A stretch of DNA of 64,000 nucleotides from a virus. The number at the start of each line of letters is the position of its first letter. Within the stretch, counting starts at the first letter, position 1. The stretch covers positions 11,156 to 75,155 of IMG/VR virus record IMGVR_UViG_3300009136_000002. One strand, given 5' to 3'. The notes under the pieces were generated by a model that was given only the letters and a program-made list of their open reading frames with translations, did no database searches and had not been told where the DNA came from. Position numbers and translations under genes: made by a program. Positions 14,739 through 24,300 of this stretch are shown in pieces.

Positions 14739-14754
14739 CGGGTTCTCCCTCCTC

Positions 14755-14955
14755 TCACATAATGATTTCCATGAATCCTTTTAGTTCGTGTCTGTCGAGC
14801 CATCGCTTGTCACAGGCATTACAGTCCACATACTGAATTGCTCCCTGCTCCTCGGCCTCTAGCGGCCCCCATTCCAGGTCGCCGCTAAGACACCAGGGGC
14901 AAACGGCCCCATTCTCCGCCACATATTCCTCTTCCGTGATCTTTGGCTCTGCCAT
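14755..14955 (-). CDS. Small zinc-ribbon protein
   Basis: CPWC...CNAC; start MAEPK. Confidence 0.75.
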   Translation of the reverse strand: MAEPKITEEEYVAENGAVCPWCLSGDLEWGPLEAEEQGAIQYVDCNACDKRWLDRHELKGFMEIIM

Positions 14956-15335
14956 TACTCTTCCCTCCTGGCCCGCCATTCGTTAAAGCGATTGGTGAAC
15001 CTCTTCCAGGTGAATTGATCACAGTCGCAACTGTTAAACTCACAACGTCCGTGTCCATTGATCCCTGCGTGTTGACTGTTGAGCCCATCCCCCAGGTGTC
15101 CACAGTAACACCAGGATTTCGGCTCCTCAAAGAATTCCTCTTGCTGCATTTCTCTATCCATCGGTATCTCCTCCTTCAATGTCCCACCACAAAGGCATGG
15201 TGAGACTGATCCGTGTAGCCTCCATTGTGGCGGCGTGAAGAGTATTGATACCCTGCATTTCTGGCATCGCGCCTTGACGCTGCATATTTCGGGTGGATTT
15301 ATCGTTTCCGGTGTTTTCATGCGTTTTCCCTCCAT
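14955..15335 (-). CDS. Cys/His-rich protein with an internal in-frame start at 15161
   Basis: CQKC..CLC and CYCGH..H..C..C.C motifs; AAGGAGGAGATACCGATG lies inside the ORF. Confidence 0.6.
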   Translation of the reverse strand: MEGKRMKTPETINPPEICSVKARCQKCRVSILFTPPQWRLHGSVSPCLCGGTLKEEIPMDREMQQEEFFEEPKSWCYCGHLGDGLNSQHAGINGHGRCEFNSCDCDQFTWKRFTNRFNEWRARREE

Positions 15336-15412
15336 ATTAAATTATTTAATAGCTCTAAAATGCCGCTCAAGGCCATAACTCAAGTGGATTGATACCTGGC
15401 TATCCCCTGATT

Positions 15413-15973
15413 TCAGTAAATCAGACCTACTTGCTCCTTCGTGGCGTAGTCGATGTTTTCCATTGCCTCCTTCACCATGTATTTATGCGGATCGCCGTAA
15501 AAGCCCCAGCACGAATCAATGTGTTCTCCGTCCTCGTCCTCGGTAACATACCCATATACTTCGCCGCAAATGTGAAGATCGTACATATAAACCTCGTCCT
15601 GCAGCAACTTGATAGCCTTGTCCTCTATCTTCTGAGTTACCCTCTTCACCTTGAATTCCTCGCGCACCTTCTCCTTCGTTACCCAAATGAATCCAACTTG
15701 TCCTGAATCCCAGGGGCAACTAAATGGGGTTGTCCTCATGGTGATCCCTGAGTGGTCGAAGAGATACAAGGGGAGCGCGATAACATCGGGTCTTTCAACT
15801 ATCTCCTGAATCTCCTCCACGGTGTATTCATGCTCGTCACCCAGGCGGTAACGGCTGTGCAAGCAAGTCATGGTTCCGAGGATACTCCAATCCCTTGGTG
15901 ATCCATGCGGATCATCATCCTGGTAAACTTTAATGGTGTGGTGTCGATACTCTATTGTCTCAATGGGTTCCAT
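15413..15973 (-). CDS. Acidic phage/mobile-element hypothetical protein
   Basis: SPRDW..LG, PLYLFDHSGITM, WDSGQVG, GEVYGY, DSCWGFYG motifs; start MEPIE. Confidence 0.8.
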   Translation of the reverse strand: MEPIETIEYRHHTIKVYQDDDPHGSPRDWSILGTMTCLHSRYRLGDEHEYTVEEIQEIVERPDVIALPLYLFDHSGITMRTTPFSCPWDSGQVGFIWVTKEKVREEFKVKRVTQKIEDKAIKLLQDEVYMYDLHICGEVYGYVTEDEDGEHIDSCWGFYGDPHKYMVKEAMENIDYATKEQVGLIY

Positions 15974-16220
15974 CGGCTTGTTCCTCCTGGCGGGCCTGAT
16001 AAGCCCAGCCTGATAAGCCGCCGCGCAGCTCGTAACACCGTTCGTTGACACAAGCCCTGCAATAGCTGTGAAGCCCATCGCCCTTCTTGTGAAAGAATTC
16101 AAGGTCTGCGGGCCAATACTCCTGGCATCGAGCGCAAAGTATCTCTAGCCCCAATTCGGTGTTACGGCTGCGCCGCGCATTCTTCCGTTTAATACTCAAC
16201 GTCCCAACCCTCGCCGTCAA
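15960..16220 (-). CDS. Zinc-finger protein
   Basis: CARC...FF....DGL.SYCRAC; start uncertain. Confidence 0.65.
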   Translation of the reverse strand: MTARVGTLSIKRKNARRSRNTELGLEILCARCQEYWPADLEFFHKKGDGLHSYCRACVNERCYELRGGLSGWAYQARQEEQADGTH

Positions 16221-16374
16221 AGACTCCCTCGCCTATATCATCCTCAAGGCGTTCCCCTGGCATAAGACCCCAGCCGCAATAACATCGCGCTAGGCCTTTG
16301 TGGTCGCCACACTCGCGGCATACCCTCGCGCCGCAATAGTTCCTGAATTCATAATGATGTTGGCATTCGCTCAT
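16189..16374 (-). CDS. Small Cys-rich protein
   Basis: C.H...C...C..C..H....C.CG. Confidence 0.65.
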   Translation of the reverse strand: MSECQHHYEFRNYCGARVCRECGDHKGLARCYCGWGLMPGERLEDDIGEGVFDGEGWDVEY

Positions 16375-16541
16375 ATCCTTACACCCTCCGATCTGGCCCA
16401 GTTATAAAGCCCCTCGTCATTCAATACCCATAGCCGCCGCTCTTGGTCATTGGGATAGGGGTTGGTGTCCTGGTCTAATGCGCTGGCAATACAACGGTCT
16501 AACTCTTCCCTGTTGTTCTTGATGAATTCTGCTAGTTTCAT
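16371..16541 (-). CDS. Small hypothetical protein (56 aa)
   Basis: MKLAEFIKNNREELD...NDQERRLWVLNDEGLYNWARSEGVRI*; AGGAGG SD; not in the track. Confidence 0.75.
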   Translation of the reverse strand: MKLAEFIKNNREELDRCIASALDQDTNPYPNDQERRLWVLNDEGLYNWARSEGVRI

Positions 16542-16656
16542 CGGCTCCTACCTCCTGGTTTCTATCGGGTTCCTGGTGTTTCCCTGGTCGGCTCCTCGGG
16601 GGCGGAGGCGGCCCGCGCCCTGGTCGCCCTGGTGCTGGCTCGCCTCCTGGTGAATG

Positions 16657-16893
16657 TCAAATAATACCCATTAAAACGAGGGCCGAAACGCAACTTCCCT
16701 TGTCGCATACCTCGCACCATCCCCTGGTGCTGTCCGGCTCATAGTGGGTGGTGTACCCGCAAACCGTACAAATTGCAGGGACTAACGAATCCATGATGTA
16801 AACCTCGGCTAGATCATGCGCGGTCTTGAATCCTTCCGCCGCTACTAGATCAGCCAGCCCATAGCCTTGACGCTGTGCCTCTCTGTTGCTCAT
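16657..16893 (-). CDS. Small zinc-binding protein
   Basis: PAICTVCG...EPD...GWCEVC; start MSNRE after CAGGAGG. Confidence 0.75.
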   Translation of the reverse strand: MSNREAQRQGYGLADLVAAEGFKTAHDLAEVYIMDSLVPAICTVCGYTTHYEPDSTRGWCEVCDKGSCVSALVLMGII

Positions 16894-16941
16894 GTGCGTG
16901 GCCTCCTGGTGGGGGTTGTGGTTAGTCCAGGCCTCAAAATG

Positions 16942-16993
16942 AAAAAGCCCTGGCGGATCGGGGCGGATCGCTCCGCCCTTCACCGTCAAGGCT
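16942..16993 (-). terminator. Long terminator-like hairpin within the early operon
   Basis: AGCCUUGACGG-UGAA-GGGCGGA-GCGA-UCCGCCC-CGAU-CCGCCAGGGCU-UUUU. Confidence 0.6.
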
Positions 16994-17454
16994 CACTCAT
17001 GTACTAACCAGTCGAACAACTCGCAAATGGCCTCAAAGTCGTCCCCTGTGATCTCTCGTTCTGCTCCGTCAAACCAATCCTGAAACAAATAAACGGCCCG
17101 CTCTATCTCTCGCTCGTGGCCCTGGCCGCTGATGTAAATATCAATGTAATCGGCTGGCCCTCCCCAGGAAAAACAGACCCGCACCTTCTCGGATCTATCA
17201 ATGGATAAAATGTCTTGTTCCCAGGTTTCACGCAATACCCGCCGCGCCTCGTCTTGATCTATCTCTGGCTCCTCCTCGTCTTGTGGATCGTGGTCGGGGT
17301 TCAGATACTCGTCAATATCCGCGCCTAACTCCTCCAGGTCGGCGCGGGTGATCTCCTCCCGCCCTGTCAAGCGGCGGATCTCCTCAAACGTCCGGCGGTA
17401 GTAGCCGCCTATCCGCTCCTCGCAGGTCTTTTGCCTATTCTCTTGGTGGGTCAT
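16993..17454 (-). CDS. Highly acidic early protein
   Basis: 153 aa, E/D-rich, SWGGPAD and Y.FQDWFDGA motifs. Confidence 0.8.
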   Translation of the reverse strand: MTHQENRQKTCEERIGGYYRRTFEEIRRLTGREEITRADLEELGADIDEYLNPDHDPQDEEEPEIDQDEARRVLRETWEQDILSIDRSEKVRVCFSWGGPADYIDIYISGQGHEREIERAVYLFQDWFDGAEREITGDDFEAICELFDWLVHE

Positions 17455-17502
17455 GCTCTTAGGCCTCCTTTGTTGGGTCTTTGCCTTACCCCAGCCAAAC
17501 TA

Positions 17503-17643
17503 TCAAGCCCTGGCGGGCTCCTGGGGTTGGCTGCGCTGGCGTTTCTTCGCATATTTACTCAATCCTGGCGGCGGGCCTTCCAGCCTTCGCCGCGCCTTGG
17601 CCTTGGTTCTCCTCCTGGCTCTCTCGGTTCTCCTCTTCGCCAT
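17503..17643 (-). CDS. Arginine-rich peptide (46 aa)
   Basis: MAKRRTERARRRTKAKARRRLEGPPPGLSKYAKKRQRSQPQEPARA*; ATG overlaps the upstream TAA; GGAG SD; not in the track. Confidence 0.55.
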   Translation of the reverse strand: MAKRRTERARRRTKAKARRRLEGPPPGLSKYAKKRQRSQPQEPARA

Positions 17644-17864
17644 TACTCCTGGCCTCCTTTCTCTATTGATCGCAAATAACAAAGTCGATGCACTAGCCCT
17701 TCCTCCGGATCGTTAAAAAATCCGATGTTGTAGCCAATGGCCTCCTGGCAAATGTAACAGCCCGTTTGCGCCATGTTCCTGGTAGCATTGCAATCGCTGT
17801 GCTGGCAATACTCGTAACACGGCCCCGCGTGTTGCCCTGGCCCTGCTAAATATCCTGCCGCCAT
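17643..17864 (-). CDS. Cys/His-rich first early protein
   Basis: GPC...C.H.DC, CYIC, H..C; GAGGAGG SD. Confidence 0.75.
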   Translation of the reverse strand: MAAGYLAGPGQHAGPCYEYCQHSDCNATRNMAQTGCYICQEAIGYNIGFFNDPEEGLVHRLCYLRSIEKGGQE

Positions 17865-17909
17865 GATCCGCGCCTCCTCTCCTGTTAAAGGTTTATTGCG
17901 TGTTCCCTT

Positions 17910-17938
17910 ACCTTAAACTATGGGGCTTTTTTAGTCAA
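17910..17938 (-). promoter_or_regulatory. Leftward early sigma70-like promoter
   Basis: TTGACT-N17-TAAGGT, about 45 nt upstream of the first early gene. Confidence 0.65.
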
Positions 17939-17939
17939 G

Positions 17940-18460
17940 GGGTATTTGTACCAGTCGAGCAGATAGCCAACACCAGCCGCGAATAGGCTCTACTGCTGGG
18001 GTAATACCTCAATCCGGCAATAAAGCCCATAGGCATCAACCTATTTTGTGTTAATTATCGGCTTATCGTCTAAAGATATGGCCTCGTTTCGCAATAAGCC
18101 CCAACACCGAGCCCTGAACCCGCGTGGTTATGGGCTAGTTTACATATTATCCCTTATCGGACTAAACACCTGGGCGTTATATCGGGTTGACCCATCGGTT
18201 AGACTACCATCAGGCATCCCAGCGCGGGGATCGGAGGAGTTGAGCGCGTCCAGGTGAGGGTGAAACCTGGGGCGCAGCACTAATAGATGGTAGCTATGAA
18301 TTGAAGGGGGCATACCTGGGCGACCTTGACCAAACGGCCAATAGCTTGTATATACGACCTACCGTGAAATCTGCATAATTTTTTCAATTCTAGTGTGAGA
18401 TCCGGAATTTTTTCTGAAAATTTTCTTGAATTAGATATTCTCTTCGGCATACTCAGGGGG
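17940..18460. other. Non-coding divergent region; candidate genome terminus/packaging region
   Basis: About 500 bp without a credible ORF; short repeats ACCTGG(G)GCG x3 and GCAATAA(A)GCCC x2; A/T tracts at 18375-18430. Confidence 0.4.
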
Positions 18461-18461
18461 C

Positions 18462-18977
18462 ATGAGGTTAGATACTGAGGATAAGGCTGCGTGGGTACAG
18501 GGGTCTAAGGCTGGTGAGGATCGTTTTCGTGAGATATGCGGTTTATATTGGGATTTAGAGTTAGTTGAGAATTCTGATATTTACGGGCCTGATTTTGTGA
18601 TGGTGTTGAGTGGTGTTGAGGCGGAGTACAAGCATCGAGAGACACCGTTTCATCAGGCTGGTAGGTTATTTGGGATACCGCCGCGTTATGCTTTTACTTA
18701 TAATGTGCGGGATCATGTACGTTATAGGCGGGAGTATCCTGGGGTTCACATATTTGTACGTTGTGTTTGGTTAAAGCAAGATCCGCGTTTCAGGCCTGAG
18801 AGGTTTTTAGATGCCTGTGGGCACGGATCTTTTGCGTATTGGGATAAGTTGGTTCAGGCTGCGCCTATTCATCATTATGGTAGGCGTGAGGATGATCCTG
18901 TGAACAAGAAGCGGAGTTATGTGTTAGATATTCGGGATTTTCCTCATCTATGGTGGACTGATGGGAGGGTTTACTGA
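18462..18977 (+). CDS. PD-(D/E)xK nuclease-like protein
   Basis: G..GE..F, GPDF, EAEYK motifs. Confidence 0.6.
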   Translation: MRLDTEDKAAWVQGSKAGEDRFREICGLYWDLELVENSDIYGPDFVMVLSGVEAEYKHRETPFHQAGRLFGIPPRYAFTYNVRDHVRYRREYPGVHIFVRCVWLKQDPRFRPERFLDACGHGSFAYWDKLVQAAPIHHYGRREDDPVNKKRSYVLDIRDFPHLWWTDGRVY

Positions 18978-19432
18978 TGCCTTTGTTGTTCGATCAGTAT
19001 GTAAGGAAGCTGATGGGTCGGATGAATAAGCCTATGCCGAAGGATTTTATGGCGGCTAGGCCTCATTCTGGACAGGCATTTCAGGAACAGCAGAGGGCGA
19101 AGGCGATGGCGCGGGGAGATCCGCGCATTCAGGCAGCTCAGAAGGGCAGAAGGGGTGAGGGTGTGGCCCCTAGAACATCACAGCCCCAGGTACAGAAGGG
19201 CAGTTCTCCGATGGGTAAGCCTCAGAGTAGGATACAGGCGTTACTGAAAACGGGAAGGGCTCAGAGGCAAGGTAGGGGTGCGGCTGCTACTGGTGGGATC
19301 TCGAACCAGCCGATGCCTACGTTCCATAAGTCGTTGACTATGGCTCGTCCAGGTCAAGATCCTCGAAGGGACGTTTTTGGTGGTAGGCGTTATGGTGGCG
19401 CTAGGTCTAAAACGAGGGGAAGATTGCGATAA
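18977..19432 (+). CDS. Basic low-complexity protein
   Basis: R/K/G/Q-rich, 151 aa, coupled start. Confidence 0.6.
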   Translation: MPLLFDQYVRKLMGRMNKPMPKDFMAARPHSGQAFQEQQRAKAMARGDPRIQAAQKGRRGEGVAPRTSQPQVQKGSSPMGKPQSRIQALLKTGRAQRQGRGAAATGGISNQPMPTFHKSLTMARPGQDPRRDVFGGRRYGGARSKTRGRLR

Positions 19433-19597
19433 TGATCGAATTATGGGCCTTTTTAACACAGCCGTTACAAGTAAAGGCAGTTTACTTCGTCTTTTTTACA
19501 TATTTGGCCTTTAAATTAGGTCGAATGTTGGAATTAAAGGCTATTTGTGACTGTTTTGAGTTAATTCCCAAGGATTATTATGGAGAGGAGTTTTAAA

Positions 19598-20020
19598 ATG
19601 AAGAAACATTGGAAAATCACCCTTTTTATCGTCGCTATCCTGCTTGTGGCCGGACTAGCCCTGGCGCAAACGTGGCATACGGCGAATCAGGCTACCGTGG
19701 CTTGGGATGCGGTGACTGTCCCAGCCGATAGTACCATTGAATACGTTGTCTATCTGGCAAATGCTGTCACAGATCCCAATAAGGATAATCCTGCCGAAGT
19801 TGCCGTAACCACCGATACAGATCAGCTAATTACGCTTAATGTTGAAGGATCTTATTTTGTGGGCGTTAAATCTAGGCGCATTTTAACTGCCGATGGAACA
19901 AATGTGGGGGAAAGCGACATTTCATGGTCGGACGACCCTACGCGAGTGCTGAATGGCGAGACTTTCGGATTGCGTTACTTCGTCCCGCCCGATGCACCAA
20001 GCAATCTCAGACCTGTATAA
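19598..20020 (+). CDS. Exported fibronectin type III-like protein
   Basis: Signal peptide ending ALA-Q; TVAWDAV, YVVY, Y.VGVKS, ES..S, P.APSNL motifs. Confidence 0.75.
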   Translation: MKKHWKITLFIVAILLVAGLALAQTWHTANQATVAWDAVTVPADSTIEYVVYLANAVTDPNKDNPAEVAVTTDTDQLITLNVEGSYFVGVKSRRILTADGTNVGESDISWSDDPTRVLNGETFGLRYFVPPDAPSNLRPV

Positions 20021-20035
20021 GATATTGTAAAGGCA

Positions 20036-20290
20036 ATGGTACAGGATGCCGAAAGCCTCACGCTTGGTGACAGGCTTGCTCGAATCCGCAAGATCGTTGA
20101 GGCTATGCCTGACGGAGATCAGGACAAGGCCGATCTGATCCTGATCTTCGATGAGTATGAAAAAGCCGTTGAATCCAGGCATCAGCTCCAGGGTGCTTTG
20201 AGTGCTGCAAAATGGGCTCTGGAGGTAGCCCTGGAGAAAATATCTAAGCAAAAACAAGCACTAGACGTACTTTCAATAGGCAAAGACTAG
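20036..20290 (+). CDS. Hypothetical coiled-coil protein
   Basis: 84 aa, helical. Confidence 0.6.
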   Translation: MVQDAESLTLGDRLARIRKIVEAMPDGDQDKADLILIFDEYEKAVESRHQLQGALSAAKWALEVALEKISKQKQALDVLSIGKD

Positions 20291-20319
20291 GCCGCTTTCG
20301 ACGAGCGGCCTTTTCTTTT
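20289..20319 (+). terminator. Intrinsic terminator
   Basis: AGGCCGCT/AGCGGCCT stem followed by TTTCTTTT. Confidence 0.7.
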
Positions 20320-20335
20320 ACAGGGGGGTTAGCTC

Positions 20336-20857
20336 GTGACAACAGCACTATACCGAATATCGTCCGGCGAGGTCGTCAAGATCAGCTTATCAGATCAGAT
20401 GTGGGATGATCGAGCCCCTGCTTTTTGGGGAGTTCTGACAACCGCAGCTTATCCCGATGGCACTCAGGTTCGGCACATTGATCGTGAGTTGCGGGAGTTG
20501 GGCTTTGCTAAATTCGCCGATGTAGGCGGCAATATCGTCCGTAACGCCGTTCAAGGCGAAATTGATACCTACGCTCCCGCCCAGGAAGATGATGAGAACC
20601 AGCAGGACGCTCTAGGCGCTGGCGGGCTATTCCTGGTTCATCCACGAAACAGAAAGCTAATGACCGCCTTTGCCGACATTATCAAGGATGAAATGAATAT
20701 CCTGCGTGGTTGGCTCACTCAATTCAAAGCAGATGTGGCTGCAGCAAATAATCTCTCTGATCTCAAAAGCAGCGTTGCAGCACAGCCGGATCTTCCTGAT
20801 CGTACCCTGGCCCAACTGAAAACAGCAATTACAGCTCGAATAGACAAGGACGACTAA
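20336..20857 (+). CDS. Hypothetical protein, first of the operon with the giant Ser-rich gene
   Basis: 173 aa, GTG start after AGGGGG, TAATG coupling to the next gene. Confidence 0.75.
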   Translation: MTTALYRISSGEVVKISLSDQMWDDRAPAFWGVLTTAAYPDGTQVRHIDRELRELGFAKFADVGGNIVRNAVQGEIDTYAPAQEDDENQQDALGAGGLFLVHPRNRKLMTAFADIIKDEMNILRGWLTQFKADVAAANNLSDLKSSVAAQPDLPDRTLAQLKTAITARIDKDD

Positions 20858-21312
20858 TGGGCGTAACTAACCCGAATTACCCGACGATGGAGATCGCCCT
20901 GGCGATGGTTAATGCGCCGGATAACGCCGATGGCACAGAGCGCATGAAAAAAGGCGATATTATTGCCATTCGCAAACCAGCAGATTTCATAGGATCGCAA
21001 GAAGGCAAAATCTTTCTCTGGCTACATATTGATGGGCCAGAAGAAAATGAATTTGCTGCCTTTGCTCAACAGGTCTTTGAACCTACTGATCCTGAAACTG
21101 GCGAAAGATTCGACAAGCGAAGATACGAAGTTCCCCTCGGACGCTTACAGGTTCTATATCCCGCGTTTAATCAATCAAGAGCAACAGATCCAAATGATTT
21201 TTATCAACCATTCTTGCTCATTGACAGCGAAGATTTTGAAATTGTTGCTGCAGATCCACCATACGCAGTTAGCGGCCTAGTCTTTGATAAGGCCATAGGA
21301 GATTATCTCTAA
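20857..21312 (+). CDS. Hypothetical protein coupled to the giant Ser-rich gene
   Basis: 151 aa, TAATG overlaps at both ends. Confidence 0.75.
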   Translation: MGVTNPNYPTMEIALAMVNAPDNADGTERMKKGDIIAIRKPADFIGSQEGKIFLWLHIDGPEENEFAAFAQQVFEPTDPETGERFDKRRYEVPLGRLQVLYPAFNQSRATDPNDFYQPFLLIDSEDFEIVAADPPYAVSGLVFDKAIGDYL

Positions 21313-24300
21313 TGGCTACCTCAAGACGAGCTGCCACAAATGAGAATATCAGTACCTACGATAGCGGGGGTGGACAGGACTACTCAGCCCTTGCTACCTG
21401 GGAAGCTGCAACTGATATTGATCTCGTTACCGCTACTCAGTCTGAGGTCTTAGAGTGCTACGCTGGCTCTCACGATGATGAAGTTGTCATTGATGGCGCG
21501 ACTACGAATACTTCGTATTTCAGGATAATCCGTCCGGCCTCTGGAGAGGGTCACGATGGCTACCCCCACCAGGACGGATCAGCCGCTTATTTTGTCACTA
21601 CAACAAGCAACATAGATATGTTCTCTGTGGTTGAGGCTAACTGCCAACTTCAAGACTTGATAATGAGCCTCGATCAAGATGGTGGTAGTGCCTATTGCGC
21701 TGCCCTAGTAGGTAACAATCAGTATTTAATCGGCTGTCTAGCCATCAATCCGGTCAACATTGGCGGTGATTCTAAGGGTTTTAGAGAGAATGGCGGCAGC
21801 GGCGATACGATGTATTACATCAACAGTATCGCCATAGGCTGTGACGATGCTGCCTTTCAGTTCGATGCAGGAACAAGCTACGTCTATAACTGCCATGCCA
21901 TTGATTCAGGTGAAGGATTCAATGAGAGTGGCGGTACGGTAATCTGTAAAAACTGCCTGGGTAATGGCACTACCGGATCGCAGGACTTTGATGGCTCTTA
22001 TGATGCTGCGAGTGAATATAACTCATCAGGCGATGGCTCGGCCCCAGGTACAAACAGCCGGATCAATCAAACCTTTGCTTTCTCCGATGCTGGCAATGAT
22101 GATTTCCGGTTAGGCTACACCGATGGTGGCGCTAGGAATTTTGGTACTGATCTGAGCGCAGATGGCAATTTCGCTTTCGACGATGATATTGCTGATGGCG
22201 TTATGGGCGCGGGCAAAGCAGGAATAACACGCCCACAAGAATCAGTATGGGATATAGGCTTTCACGAGCGCACGGAAAGCTCTTCCAGCTCAAGTTCTTC
22301 ATCCTGCTCTAGTAGTTTTTCATCCAGTTCCTTCTCATCTTGCTCATCCAGTTTTTCTAGCTCAAGCTCATGCTCCTCGTCGTCCTTTTCTTCGTCCTCT
22401 TCCAGTTTCTCATCGTCCTGCAGTAGTTCATCGAGCAGTTTTTCATCTTCATCTAGCTGTTCTAGTTCGTCTTTTTCGAGTTCGAGTTCGAGTTCGTCAA
22501 GCAGCTTTTCCTCTAGTTCAAGTTCCTGTTCTAGCTCGTTTTCTTCAAGCTCTTCCTGTTCATCAAGCAGCTTTTCGTCCTCTTGTTCGTCGAGTTCTTC
22601 ATTTTCTAGCTCATCCTCTTCTTCACCTTCATGCGTTCCACCGGATTGGCGCTGGGTTGATGGTTCTCAGCTAATTGTCGGCACGATAAATACTGGCGTT
22701 TTCTGTGATACCCATGCCTGTGATCTTACTGAGTATGTAATCAATGAGCTTTCAGGTGTGGGTATTCCAGCTTTCGATCAAAGATTCACCTTTGAAAATG
22801 TACCAAAATCAACCCTTGATGTATCCATAACTGGCTACTACAGCGGCAATCCCGCTCATATCGTCAAAATAGCGATCTTTAATTACCAAACGCTCTTGTG
22901 GGATGATATGACAGGCGCAGCCCAGGACTTTCCATCACAGGCTACGCCTTCTAACTATGTATTTCCGCTCACAGGCGCGGGAACACCGTCTGATTATGTG
23001 AGTGTTGGCAATCAGCTATCAATTAAGATCGACCATCGCTCTAACGGATCAGCCGGACACACATTCCACATGGATTGTGTGCATCTGACCGATACCAGCT
23101 CTTCTAGCTCAAGTTCGTCAAGCTGCTCATCTTCCTTCTCCAGCTCATCGAGTTCATTTAGCTCTTCTTGCTCGTCAAGTTGCAGTTCGTCATTTTCATC
23201 TTCGTCAAGCTGCTCGTCCTCTTGTTCTTCAAGTTTTTCAAGTTCTAGCAGCTCTTTTTCATCGTCCTGTTCGTCGTCGAGTTTTAGCAGCTCATCGAGC
23301 TGCAGTAGCTCGTTTTCGTCCTCGTCGTCGAGCTGCAGTAGCTCATCTTTTTCGAGTTCATCATGCTCAAGCAGCTTTTCCAGTTCGAGTTCGTGCAGCT
23401 CGTCATTTTCGTCGTCCTCGTCCTCATCCTTCTCCAGCAGTTCGAGCTGTTCTTCGAGTTTTTCTTCTTCTAGCTCATGCTCGTCGAGCTTTTCATCAAG
23501 CTCATCATGCTCGTCGTCGAGCTTTTCATCTAGTTGTTCGTCCTGTTCTTCGAGCTTTTCATCATGCTCTAGCTCTTCTTCATCTTCATTAGAATGTGGA
23601 CAATGGATTGCTTACTTTGACGATTCAAGGTGGAACCCTGGGGGCATTGTTGCCCCACCATTTGCCTGTACCTGGGATTCAGTAAATTGGGAATGGGATT
23701 CTGATCTATATAGCTCACAGCAATGGGCCTATTTAGAAACACAAGGCGCATGGCGGAGTGGATACAGGCCAAGCAAGTTTCGGATTACATTCACAGGCGG
23801 CTCTCCACTATATGCCTGTAATCTGAAAGATACTGCCGGAAATGTCATTGGCGGTACGAATTTCCCGACCAATTATTTCTCCGGTCAAGTTGAAGCAATT
23901 ACTTTTTCGACATTCGATCTTAGATTTTTGGAATTACAGCATAACGGCACAACTCAATTCCAAGTTACAAATATCGAATTCTTTACGGTATGTTCCTCTT
24001 CTAGCTCTTCGTCGAGTTCATTTAGCTCTTGTTCTTCATCATTTAGCTCTTCAAGTTCGAGTTTTTCATCATCGTCGTCTTGTTCATCGAGCTTTTCAAG
24101 TAGTAGCAGCTCATTTTCATCGAGTTCATCATGCTCATCGAGCTTTTCGAGTTCATCATCTTCGTTTTCGTCCTCGTCCTCTTCATTCTCATCGTCGAGT
24201 TCCAGCTACTCAAGTTCCTCATCCTCTTCTTTATCGTCCTCCTCTTCCTCTTCGTTTTCGAGCAGTTGCTCTTCATCCTGTTCGAGTTTTTCGAGTTCTA

